Shown in pieces: positions 13,731 through 25,400 of a stretch of DNA of 64,000 nucleotides. The notes beneath the pieces were generated by a model that made no database searches, was not told the origin of the DNA, and saw nothing but the letters and a program-made list of their open reading frames with translations. Source of the stretch: Eledone cirrhosa (lineage: Eukaryota); assembly GCA_964016885.1 (NCBI GenBank), contig OZ024759.1, forward strand, positions 4,898,001 through 4,962,000, read 5' to 3'. Numbering within the stretch: the stretch's first letter is position 1; every line of letters starts with the position of its first letter. Position numbers and translations under genes: made by a program.

Positions 13731-14110
13731 TCATCATCACCGTTTTACGTCCGTTCTTCCATGCTAGCATGGGTTAGACGGGTTGTCCTGTTGTGGGCAG
13801 TGTCTGGTCGGCTGACCATGCCTTGCTCATACAGAAACTGATTTTGGCTTTTCTACAGCCGGATGCCCTTCCTAACACCAACCTCATTTACAGTGAGTGT
13901 TGCGTGCTTTTTTCCGTGGCGCCCACACGTCCACTTTACAGTGTGGGCTGGGTGCTTTTTCTGTGTGGCACCTCCACGACCACTTTGCAGTGGGAGGGTG
14001 TGGGGGCATATTGTCTATATGCTTCATCTTGAACCCATGGAAGGTCGGGTACTCTGTATTACTGCGTGACGCCAGAGGTCACGGTCGTGTGTCATCATCG
14101 CCTTTGAGAG
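13731..14110 (-). mobile_element. RTE LINE 3' end (3' UTR plus GAT tail)
   Basis: Reverse complement of 39285-39660. Similar 3' pieces at about 7540-7880, 32336-32500, 34513-34870 and 47770-48100. Confidence 0.9.
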
Positions 14111-14116
14111 GTGTGT

Positions 14117-14171
<55 letters not shown>

Positions 14172-15286
14172 AATAAATTATCGAGAATCGGAATCTCGGC
14201 CCACGAAATAACGAAACACAATCTTCGAAAAGTGTAGCAAAGTGCTCAATAGTTTGGATAAACCAGAGCTATAACTAATATTTAAATACCAACACACTGA
14301 GATAATGCTTAAAATCATTCGCACAGCCGAAAAAACGACCAAGAAAATTCGGGTCAGACAAATAATAAATATATATATATATATTTTTTCTTTTAACATA
14401 TATGTGTTTATAAAATATATACAGGAACTCCCCAAAAATGTATACACACTTCAACTACAGTCTATGTAAGTGTGTATATATTTTTGGGGGACACTGTAAT
14501 ATACATATCATTAAACGTATCTCCTACATGTGTATAAATAAATATACATGTATTTTATTAACAATTTTCTGTAGAATCTGTTAAACATGGAAGAAAATGT
14601 GGAGACTAAATAAAATTAACGTGTTGGTCACATTAACTTAATAATATAACTATATATTAATGAAATATGTCGAAATAAAAGTTGTAATTGTGACAAAAAT
14701 ATTGATTCGGTAGTTTATTATGACCAAGATTGAATATTTAATGGAATTAAGTGGAATTTATTAGGAAATAAGACAATAAAACAGTGAAATGTTGAGGTTA
14801 AAAGAGAGAAAAACAAAATGTCCTCTCTTTATAAACTTTAATGTGGTTGAATTAGTAGCGGCTCGGCTTACTAAACTCAGCTCTCTCAAGGGTTCGAATC
14901 TCACGTAGTTTACTATAGTGTCTACAGAGTTATCTCCTACTGCTTTTATATAGTATCACTGTTTATTGTAAAGAGGGCGCTACAATCATTTACTAGTGTG
15001 ACCAATGGTTTGCAGTCTGGCTTACTAACGCCAGGACTAAAGTGTTACATGGTTCCAACCGGGCTGGTTCCTTAATTTTTAAAAAGAGTTATCACCCATA
15101 GTCTTTCAGAGATTCCTCGAAAGGTGGCGTGGCGATCTGCTTTCATGAGGAGTAGTAAGAGACAATAATATATGTAAGGAGGAGGAGTGAGAGAGACAAA
15201 AACAAAACTGTGTTAATTCTCTCTCCCCCTCGCTTCTTTTACTCTATCTACCTGTTATGTCTTCATTTCACTGTTTTATTGTCTTA

Positions 15287-15318
15287 CTAGCAGTGTATCC
15301 CGGCGTTGCACGGGTAAG
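15287..15318 (-). mobile_element. Helitron 3' terminus
   Basis: Minus strand reads TACCCGTGCAACGCCGGGATACACTG-CTAG|T, a GC hairpin followed by CTAG at an A|T site. Confidence 0.7.
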
Positions 15319-15371
15319 AACATTGGTAATAGCACCTCCAATGAGAAACCTTTATTTGTGAGTGCCTGTTA

Positions 15372-15600
15372 AAAACTCACAAACTGGACATGCTCACCGA
15401 CATCCAGAGTTGACACTGCACTCAGTGCTCCTGTGGGAGACTCTGCATGGACACACTGGAAGAGGAAGACTGAGGTGAACATATGTTGATGCCCTCAGGA
15501 CAGACACTGGTCTGTTGGAGGTGCAGGACATGGCAGTGATAATGAGGGACAGAGACCCCTGGAGAGACCTCGTCTATGGTTCTTGGGAATTTTACCCGTC
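15372..15600 (+). mobile_element. 3' fragment of a different RTE-like LINE
   Basis: Translates [62 protein letters not shown]. Confidence 0.75.
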
Positions 15601-15641
15601 CTAGGTAGATAGATATATTTGTATGTGTATATTTATATATA

Positions 15642-15734
<93 letters not shown>

Positions 15735-15799
15735 ATATGTGTTTGTATATGTATGTATATCTATACAAATATATAAAAGTGAAATTGTGTGTGTGTGTG

Positions 15800-16000
15800 T
15801 CCTGATTTTTGCACCGCCAAGGAAGCACCAGAGATGTCGCAGCCTCAGGGCGTGTTTGTGCATCATCAGCCGCAGCATGCCAAGCCCTCCACGCAACGGG
15901 TGTTGACAGCAGATGAATAGTCTGACCATGGGAGCATGTCCCTTCCATAGAAAGCGGAAGAGGAGGTGCTCCATTTTTGTCAGAGTTGGGCCGGGGCAAT
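15800..16000 (-). mobile_element. Tx1/L1-clade LINE ORF2 fragment
   Basis: [29 protein letters not shown] carries the FLW...P..GGLG motif found downstream of the RT domain. Confidence 0.65.
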
Positions 16001-16261
16001 ATTTCCTAATTCCACTTAATTCCATTAAATATTCAATCTTGGTCGAAATAAATATTTTCATCTGTGACGATCTGTACAACCAATAATAGTAGGAGTCACG
16101 TTACATGATATGTATCTATATATACAGGATGTCCCTAAAATATGTATACACATTTACATAGACTGTAGTTGAAGTGTGTATACATTTTGGGGAGACCCTG
16201 TATATATTTTATTTATATATATATATGTTAAAAGATGATTGATATATATATCTACACTCAA

Positions 16262-16651
16262 ATAAATTAATAAAATAATGAATAAACAAAGAAACAGTTC
16301 TTTATATTAAAAAAATTCATCATTTTACGATCGTTTCTAGGATATATATGTGTTAGAGTTGGTATGCATATTCTATAGATCTATGTACAATATTTATAAA
16401 AACTATCAGAGGGAATATACATACCTACACATATATATGCTGTCTTCAGAAATAATATTATTTCTGAAGACATCATATATATGTGTAGGTATGTATATTC
16501 CCTCTGATAGTTTGTATAAATATTGTACATAGATCTATAGAATATGCATATCACCTCTAACACATATATATCCTAGAAACGATCGTAAAATGATGAATTT
16601 TTTTAATATAAGGAACTGTTTCTTTGTTTATTCATTATTTTATTAATTTAT
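16262..16651. repeat. Spacerless palindrome with 195-bp arms
   Basis: Centre GAAATAAT|ATTATTTC at 16456/16457 with only a handful of mismatches. The mirror ORFs 16350(+) and 16381(-) reflect this symmetry. Confidence 0.97.
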
Positions 16652-16845
16652 CTTGACTCTGTTTTCCGTTTATTTTTCACCGAAAGTAGTTGTTGAATGC
16701 ATCTTCTCTTTTCATGATATCTGGATTACATTGAGTTCTTCATACGGATTGGACACTACCGTAAACTTTTGGTAGATTTATCTACATTCTACACTCAAAT
16801 GTATATTTATATATTTATATATATATAAATATATATAAATATATT

Positions 16846-16879
<34 letters not shown>

Positions 16880-17699
16880 AAGATATATATATATATATAT
16901 ATATAAAGATATATATATATATATATATATAAAGATATATATATACTTTTACGTGTATACATCTGAAAATGTATATATGGATGTAAACATATACGTAAAC
17001 ATACATGTTTACATATAGATGGACAGTTATACATATACAATAACTTATTTCTATACATAAATATACCACAAGGCATGGTGCTGCCAACTAACCAGAACTC
17101 CCTCATAATGGACCAGCTAGATCCCAAAATACAGGCCTGCTAGCCAACACACAGTCCCAATAAGTGCAAACTACAGCGCAGCTATCTGGACTGACTTCTC
17201 TTAAGACTACTCATTATCCCACTACATCTTTTGTATACTATATATATACTGTATATATACTGTTTATATATATATACACACACACATATAATTGTGTATT
17301 CACACATTATCTTAGTAATGAAATAATAATTTTAGTAAATTGTTCAAAATTCTTCATTAACCCTTTTGGTAGAAACCCAGCCAAAATAGGTTCTCCTTCT
17401 ATGGAAATGGTTCCTATCTAAATTAAAGTCTTCCAACGAAATTCTATATAACAACCATATGTTAAGTTACTATGTTAGTAATTAACTAACAATTGTGATA
17501 AATAGCCCAACATTATTCATAATTAATTGAAATACAAGGTTCATAATTATAATAAAATCTTCGAATAGGCTACGAAGCCGGTAAACCTTAAAGGTACGCA
17601 ACACAAACATCGTTATAGCGTTTCACCAGGCAATTCCTTCCTCAATCATTACATAGATGTGTGTATGTAATAATTATTTTGTATTGTGTGTCTATTTAT

Positions 17700-18127
17700 G
17701 AATATGTATGTGTAGATGTGTGTGTGTTGTGTGTGTGTAACCCAGTAGATGTGTGTATGTAACACAGTAGATGTGTGTGTATGTAACTCAGCAGATGTGT
17801 GTGTATGTAACTCAGCAGATGTGCGTGTATGTAACACAGTAGATGTGTGTGTGTGTAACACAGTATATGTATGTGTATGTAACACACTAGATGTGTGTGT
17901 ATATATAACACAGTAGATGTGTATGTAACACAGTAGATGTGTGTATATGTAACACAGTTGATGTGTATATATAACACAGATGTGTATATAACACAGTAGA
18001 TGTGTATATATAACACAGTAGATGTGTATATATAACACAGTAGATGTGTGTGTATGTAACACAGTAGATCTGTGTGTATATAACACAGTAGATGTGTGTA
18101 TGTAACACAGTAGATGTGTATGTAACT
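17700..18127. repeat. Variable 20-26 bp minisatellite
   Basis: AGATGTGT(GT)nATGTAACACAGT units. Confidence 0.9.
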
Positions 18128-18989
18128 AAAGTGTAACGTACGTTACGAATGGACAACTAAAAGATTTTAACTTGTTTTTTAACAATTGATGGTGGAAACA
18201 AATTTAGATTGTCTCAATTCAGACCATAAAGGGCCGCAACACACGGTGTTTGACACACTTACCGGCTACATAGCCTCGGAGTCTATTTTACTGAGACCAG
18301 CTACATATCTTCTTCCTAAAATCTTCCAACATAATTTTATACAAGAACCACATATTAAGTTACTAATAAAATAATTAATAATTAAAAACTTCAGTAAATC
18401 CTTCAAATGATATCTCAGTAATGAAATAATTAATAATTGTTATAAATACCTCAAAATTCCTCATTAATTAAACCCAAGACAGGTAAAAACTCCAGAGTCT
18501 TTCAATCGGACATGAAACAAATTAATTTCTAATGGAAGAAGTAAAGATTGTAAAGTCAGCCAAGGGAGATCACTCTCAGCGACTTATCGTAATTCTTGTT
18601 CCTGAATTAATCCGGATTAAAATATTCTGGTGTATTTTGTGTGGAGGAAACCGGATTTAGGCGGTGATAGCACGCAATACATGAACGTATGGTTCGTGAG
18701 TTCGAATCCCATACCGGGTGGTCTGTACGTCGGGGCCTTGAACAAGACACTTTATTTCTCATTGTTTTATTTCACCCAGCTGGCAAAAATAATAAGTTGT
18801 AATAATTATAGTGGAAATGTTGTTACATAGAATTGTCACACTGAATCTCCCTGAGAAGAATGTCAACGGTATACGTGTCAATGAAATACTCAGACACATT
18901 ATAATATAAGATGGGTTCTACATGTATTTCAAAGGGAAGCCATGCCATACGTCTTGCTGAATCTCCCTGAGAACTACGTATATACTAGT

Positions 18990-19742
18990 GACTATCAGAC
19001 ATAGTGTATCTAGGATTACATTATCTAATGTACAGTACAGTAGTTAGTATTAGTGGCTATAAGACATAGTATATCTAGGACTACATTATCTAATGTACAG
19101 TATAGAAATTAGTATTAATGGCTATCAGACATAGTGTACCTAGGACTACATTATCTAATGTACAGTATAGTGTCTATCAGACATAGTGTATCTAGGACTA
19201 CATTATCTAATGTACAGTATAGTGGCTATCAGACATAGTGTACCTCGGACTACATTATCTAATGTACAGTATAGTGGCTATCAGACATAGTGTATCTAGG
19301 ACTACATTATCTAATGTACAGTATAGTGTCTATCAGACATAGTGTATCTAGGATTACATTATCTAATGTACAGTATAGTAGCTATTAGACATAGTGTACC
19401 TAGGACTACATTATCTAATGTACAGTATAGTGGCTATCAGACATAGTGTACCTAGGACTACATTATATAATGTACAGTATAGTGGCTATCAGACATAGTG
19501 TACCTAGGACTACATTGTCTAATGTACAGTATAGTGGCTATCAGACATAGTGTATCTAGGACTACATTATATAATGTACAGTATAGTGGCTATCAGACAT
19601 AGTGTACCTAGGACTACATTATCTAATGTACAGTATAGTGGCTATCAGACATAGTGTACCTAGGACTACATTATATAATGTACAGTATAGTGGCTATCAG
19701 ACATAGTGTACCTAGGACTACATTATCTAATGTACTATATAG
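18990..19742. repeat. 52-bp minisatellite, about 14 copies
   Basis: Unit GGCTATCAGACATAGTGTACCTAGGACTACATTATCTAATGTACAGTATAGT. Confidence 0.95.
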
Positions 19743-19781
19743 CAGTTAGTAATTGTGGCTATCATTATTATAGACTTCAAG

Positions 19782-19953
19782 TCGGTAGAGGGTCAGACGC
19801 TATGCTTTCCAGCATAGTTACGTACCTTTACGATCTGAGTTCAAATCCCGCCGAGGTTGACTTTGTCTTTCATCCTTAGGGGGTCGATAAAATAAAGTAC
19901 CAGTAATGCACTGGGTAATTGCTGGTCTTGTGCCTAAAGTAGAAACAATTATT
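19782..19953 (+). mobile_element. tRNA-derived SINE, family B
   Basis: B box GAGTTCAAATCCC, central CTTTCATCCTT..GGGGTCGATAAAATAAAGTACCAG, ATT tail. Other copies at about 20475-20660(-), 35735-35915(-), 41090(+), 43060(-), 44545-44735(-), 49033-49222(+), 53020(-), 59670(+) and 60815-61005(-). Confidence 0.85.
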
Positions 19954-19984
19954 ATAGACTTCAAGTAAATCTTTGTCAACTTAC

Positions 19985-20186
19985 CTCATTCACATATAAT
20001 CAATGTGTTCTGTTGTTAGTTGTAACTAAACAACCAAAGAAATAATCTCTTTGTTATCAAATTAAAAGTTTCAAAGATGTTATCAGCTTTATTTCACGAC
20101 ATTAACGTTGGTGTATCTTCTTCATCTTTAGTCATGAATTGATATCTTGTCAGAATGAAGTAGTGAGGCTGACTTTATGTCTTTAG
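19985..20186 (-). other. Candidate exon, possibly the stop-containing exon of the EGF-repeat gene
   Basis: Acceptor TTTCCTATCAAATCTGTAG and donor GAG|GTAAGT. Entered in phase 1 it reads AKDIKSASLLHSDKISIHD*. AATAAA at 20093-20088. Confidence 0.3.
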
Positions 20187-20386
20187 CTACAGATTTGATA
20201 GGAAATATATATATATTAGGTTGATATGTGGTCTAAAATATATATATTGTCTATAAATGACTGATAGCAGATGTTCTGGTGAAATAGTAGTTTTACTACT
20301 ACAGATTGTAATGGAACTCTTAGTAGACACAATTGTAAAGTAAGAATAGATATGACAGTGTAAGACTGATGTCGGGGAAATAAACT

Positions 20387-20439
<53 letters not shown>

Positions 20440-21556
20440 GTTACACAAGATATAATTAGATTAATTAAAGTTATAATTGTTTCTACTTTAGGCACAAGGC
20501 CAGCAATTACCCAGTGCATTACTGGTACTTTATTTTATCGACCCCGTAAGGATGAAAGGCAAAGTCAACCTCGGCAGGATTTGAACTCAGATCGTAAAGG
20601 GACGTAACTATGCTGGAAAGCATGGCGTCCGACCCTCTACCGATACTGCCAATTCACCGCAATGAAGGCAGCAGGTACTCGGTGTCGTTGTGCATGTTTC
20701 AACTCTCTTCCTGGTGTCATACGTTAAAAGTCCCTGATATAATTTAATACCTTCAGACACAGTTCCAATCGTTTTTAGTTTATTGTAAATCAGAAAGTAT
20801 CACTCAATAAAATATCAATTATATATCAATAAGAAAACCTCTAGGTAGTCTCACTGACTGCTAGAAATAGCAGCGATATTACCCATTACAACTGCTCTCT
20901 CTCTCTATATATATATATATACACACATATATGTACGTATGTATGTATATGTGTATATATGTGTATGAATGAGTGTGTATGTGTGTATATGTGTACATAG
21001 GGTTTTGGTATATGTACGTTTGGTGAACATATGTGTATTTACCTGTAGGTATGTGAGTGTGCGTTCTATACGCATTTATGCGTGTATATTTATATATGTA
21101 TTTATAATTATATGTATATATACACACACAAACATATATTTATATGTGTATTTGGTGCATACAATCGTATGTGTGCGGGTATATGTGTTGCGCCGGTTTA
21201 CGTCCGTGCGCGCCTGTTTATGTGTACGTATATGTATATGCATGCATGCCGTGAGTTTTCGCATATGCTCATGTATAAATGTGTGTATGTATATATTTAA
21301 TTATTATTACTTTTATGATTTTAATAACATCTGTCATTTTCGTTCAACTAATTTATTTACATTATTCTGGACTCCGAAGCCGAGCATCATTCAGTTTCCT
21401 TAATAGAATATTAGTCTACGACTCCATTTACACCATAAAGGTGGTTTTGTCTTTACGTGTAATTGTTGTCACCGCTCCACATAACGACGTATTATCTTCT
21501 TTTTCCCGTTCATTGCCAGGGAATGTCTTCACGAATCAAAGCATAAATTATTTTCC

Positions 21557-22120
21557 CGAGCTGACGTACCCAGCTTCGCCAGGGTAAACAGATGATAAAA
21601 GAAAAGGTCCCTATTTACTCCCTTCACAACTCTGTATGTTAGACTGACAGACAGGCACACAGACAGATAAACTGCGTGGCGATTGTGGAACGCCGCACGT
21701 ATACACACATACACGCACACAAACTTACACACGCACCCGTGCACTTACACACACGCACACACTCACACATGTTGATAGTTTTTACTTTCTGTGGAACGCT
21801 GCACGCACGCACACATACATAAACATACGCGCACGTACATACACACGCACACGTGTTAATAGTTATTGCTTTCCTTCCCCTCTTATTTCCACACACATCA
21901 CACACACACACACACGTCTCTACACTGACACATATACATAGTGTATCCAACACAGCGTTCACTTTGCCTCTCTCCGCCTCTCACTCTCTCATTGGCATTA
22001 TACATATTAATTTAAGTTTGGCGTAGTTGAGGTGGGCGGAGTCGTTTGAAACCTATGAACCAATGATAATCGAGAATTATGACACATGGAATATTGACAT
22101 TGTTGAAATTAATATATAGA
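21557..22120 (-). mobile_element. Non-autonomous Helitron sharing its 5' region with the autonomous element
   Basis: 5' TCTATATATTAA at 22120. 21605-22120 is homologous to 27552-27962. 3' hairpin TACCCTGGCGAAGCTGGGTA followed by CGTCAGCTCG. Confidence 0.85.
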
Positions 22121-22468
22121 CTAGCTGACGTACCTAGCTTCGCCCGGGTAAACAGATGATAAGAGAAGACAGGTAAAAGAGAAAATGTCTGTATTGGATG
22201 TTTGTCTGGTTACAGTGTGAGGCGAGTCCGTGTTGTCTGTGTGATACAAAAAAACAGTAAAAATAATCTTCCAGATATACCAGATTCTTCGTCGTGCGGT
22301 TTGTGCATAGTATATGAACAATTCTAGGTGCTCCCACCTAGAATAGTGACCTCTAGGAGGTGGTTCCTCTTCTGCCTGACTGGAAAACGTGTATCATTGC
22401 ATAGACGTGGTTGTTCCACGTTTCTCAAAAGGATGATGGAAGTTCCAATCTTTTATATTATATGTAGA
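22121..22468 (-). mobile_element. Non-autonomous Helitron with a canonical 3' end
   Basis: 5' TCTACATATAATATAAAAG at 22468; 3' TACCCGGGCGAAGCTAGGTA-CGTCAG-CTAG|T ending at 22121. Confidence 0.8.
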
Positions 22469-22479
22469 TATAGATATAG

Positions 22480-25400
22480 ATAATTAATAAAAAAGATGTC
22501 CGTCAATGTAAAGAAGGTCCCTATTTACTTGAAATGGTTTATACAAATGCCAAATTAATATGGATATGGATAACATGCTTATCTATAAGTGGTCAGCTAT
22601 AATAATAAAACAACAAATTATATGACACAAAAATTTATTCAGTAATTTCCAGGCTCTTAGCCACTGAGTAATAGACAGTCAATATTGCCCAGAGTTCAAC
22701 TCGGGGAGGTGGCCTGGTTTGAACTCAAAATGGCGGATCCTTCTACTTCGAAAATAGAATCGTTTTTCAATATTACTCTAGCCCTGGCCGGCCATAGGCA
22801 CCAAACTTTTTGCCAGACTCAGCATATGATGAGGTTTTATTACCACTGCAATCAGAAGCGATAAATTTGAAGGCAATTTCTACCAATACTTGTTGGTTTT
22901 TATTGCTCATTATCGACAATAAATGACATTGGACATAAATGATAACTCTGCCAAAGCTCACAATACAGATGAAAGGAAACCAATGTCCGAATCATATACG
23001 TCGCTTATTGATAGCTTTAAAGATATGCATACATCAGCTCAAAGCTTCATTATAGACAATATTTAGGTTTGTTACTCTGTTAGTGGTATCAATTGCAAAT
23101 TTTATACCATCAGGATCGCACACTCGAGATGCAGCAACATAGAGTTGCCCATGGCTGAATGCTGGATCATTCAAGTAGACACCAACTCGCTTGAAAGTCT
23201 GTCCCTGTGCCTTGTTGACAGTCATGGAGAAGGCCAAATTGACGGGAAACTGTCTCCTTTGCCAAATAAATGGCAGCAGATCTTCACTTGGTCTCAGCAT
23301 GATCCTCGGAATGAGAACCGATTCCTCTCTGCCTGGGAGTTTAGCTTCTAAAACTCTTCCGTTAATCAATCTCTCAACAATCAATCTGGTACCATTGCAA
23401 AGACCCATTTTATGATTGATATTTCTAAGCAATATAATCGGCAAACCCTTTTTCAACCTCAAAATATGTGGGGGAAATCCGGGTATTTGAAGTGAATTCA
23501 GATACTCAGTCGGAACATCCATACTGTTCTGCTGATTAGGCTCCATTGCATACGCACTGACGGTCAACCATTCCTCTCCAGGAAACATTCCGGCTACTTG
23601 TGAATTTATTTCATCGACCGTTGTATTCGTATGAGTTAGAATAACATGTTCCGATATCCAGGAGATATTCTGCCAAAAAGCATTCAAATTAGGGAACACC
23701 CAGTCAATCAAGCCTTGGCGGTCCAGTGGCATGACCAAATGGTCTGGGATTCATACAGTCTGATTATCACCAACGTGTGGCAATTCATCGTTTCCCAACT
23801 GCATCAACCATCGGCCGTATGTCTCAGCCTCTTCGTTTTGCCCGAACATAGGAAGTCGCATATTATCGTGTAATCGCAAAACTCTGAAATGGCCCCACAA
23901 CGGGGACTTTTTCAGACATGCATCGACAATTTGCGCTCTTTGAGCATTCCTAACAATTGGTAGCACCTGTCTGAAATCGCCACCAACAACGATAGTCTTA
24001 CCACTGAATGGCAGGTCACTACCGCAGATATCTCTCAAAGTTCTGTCCAATGCCTCCAGCAAATATCTGTGTGCCATTGGAGCCTCGTCCCAAATAATCA
24101 GAGACGTATTGCGTATAAGGCCCGCGAGTTCACTTTGTCCTGTAATATTACAGACACTCAACTCATCTGGAGCCAATGGAGCCTTGAAGCATGAGTGGAA
24201 GGTCCTTCCACCACTCAGCAAAGTGGCAGCGATGCCCCTGGTGGGCACAGGGAGAGCAATCTTCCTCTGAGCTCTGACTGCCGATAACATAGTGTTGAAA
24301 CAGAATGTCTTTCCGGTGCCTCCTGGAACATCTATGAAAGCACAAAGTTGCTCATTAGTGGAAATCGAGTGGAGAGCGCCATCGACCAATTCTCTGTGAG
24401 ATTGGGTCAACATTGGCATACGTTCATCCACAATACGTTGCTGTTCCAGTGGATCAAACTGGAATAGTTCCCTCCGATCGAGTGGCAACCGTCTAAGCTG
24501 CAATCTCATGTTCAATGCTAAGACACGTTGCCGCATTTCTTCATCAGGAATTGGCAAATTGAAATCTGTTAAACATTTCAAATGAACTTCGAGCAGTTGC
24601 TCAATATTGAGCAAAACAATAGCCTTCATCAAATGTTCATCATAGACCTGAAGATGGTGCCTAAAATCATCAGCCATAATTCCCCAATGGCGTTCAAATA
24701 ACTCTCTTGGATCGGCAGGATTGCAGAATCCTAGAATCGTGACAAACAACTGCCATATTCGAGCTGGCATCTGTGTTGTTCCTGCAGCTTCCATGGCGTT
24801 ATTCCATTCAGCGTCATCCTGAAGGAGTCCCAGATGCTGACACACAGCCTGGTATCTTTTATATTCCACGCCATTGATTGTTTTCAAATCAGCGAAGCTC
24901 TGTTTACCTCTCGAAAAATCACTATGCAACAGAATTCGGAGATAAAACACATCACCAGATGCTGGATGGACATTACAAACCCGTCCAATAGTCATGAATC
25001 TCAACTTTTGTTTTCTATCATTCCATTTCTTTCCCTTCTTATCCCACGTATAGTGCGAAGGGAAATCGCAGTAGAGTTGCTTTTGATCCGGGTTCAAAGC
25101 ATGTTCCCTATTATGCTTGAACCACTCAGTCAATTCCGTCTTAGGAGGTGGTGCGTTAGCAATTCTTTCTATACCTCTTCTACTGTCCTTAAAACAGACC
25201 ATTTGCCTATTCTCTAAGTGAACCGTCAGTTTCTGAACGCTGTGTTTGCGTTCATTGAGATCAAAATCGAACAATCTCCAGCAAGCTTCGCTAGATCCAA
25301 TCGAGCGAACATCCTGGAACCTGCCAACTTCATCTCCTTGGTTCGCTTCCTCATTCCTGACATTCATCATTGCCCCATCATGACCTTTGTAAACATACTT

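Larger units (their letters stand above)
14388..16237. mobile_element. Long inverted-repeat (foldback/MITE-like) structure with an interrupted right arm
   Basis: 14388-14510 inverts 16105-16237; 14722-14770 inverts 16002-16045; 14769-14791 inverts 15264-15286. Each arm contains an ~80-bp TA-CAGG...CTG-TA Tc1/mariner-type mini-hairpin (14419-14498 and 16122-16202). Confidence 0.7.

Noticed and set aside
14845-15070. Functional tRNA genes
   Set aside because: Only partial A/B-box resemblance and no complete cloverleaf. SINE heads elsewhere are likewise not tRNA genes.
15601-15999. YI/HT/CV-rich ORFs here and at about 16800, 17650, 20900, 32050, 32900 and 46263
   Set aside because: Translations of (TA)n, (CA)n and short minisatellites.
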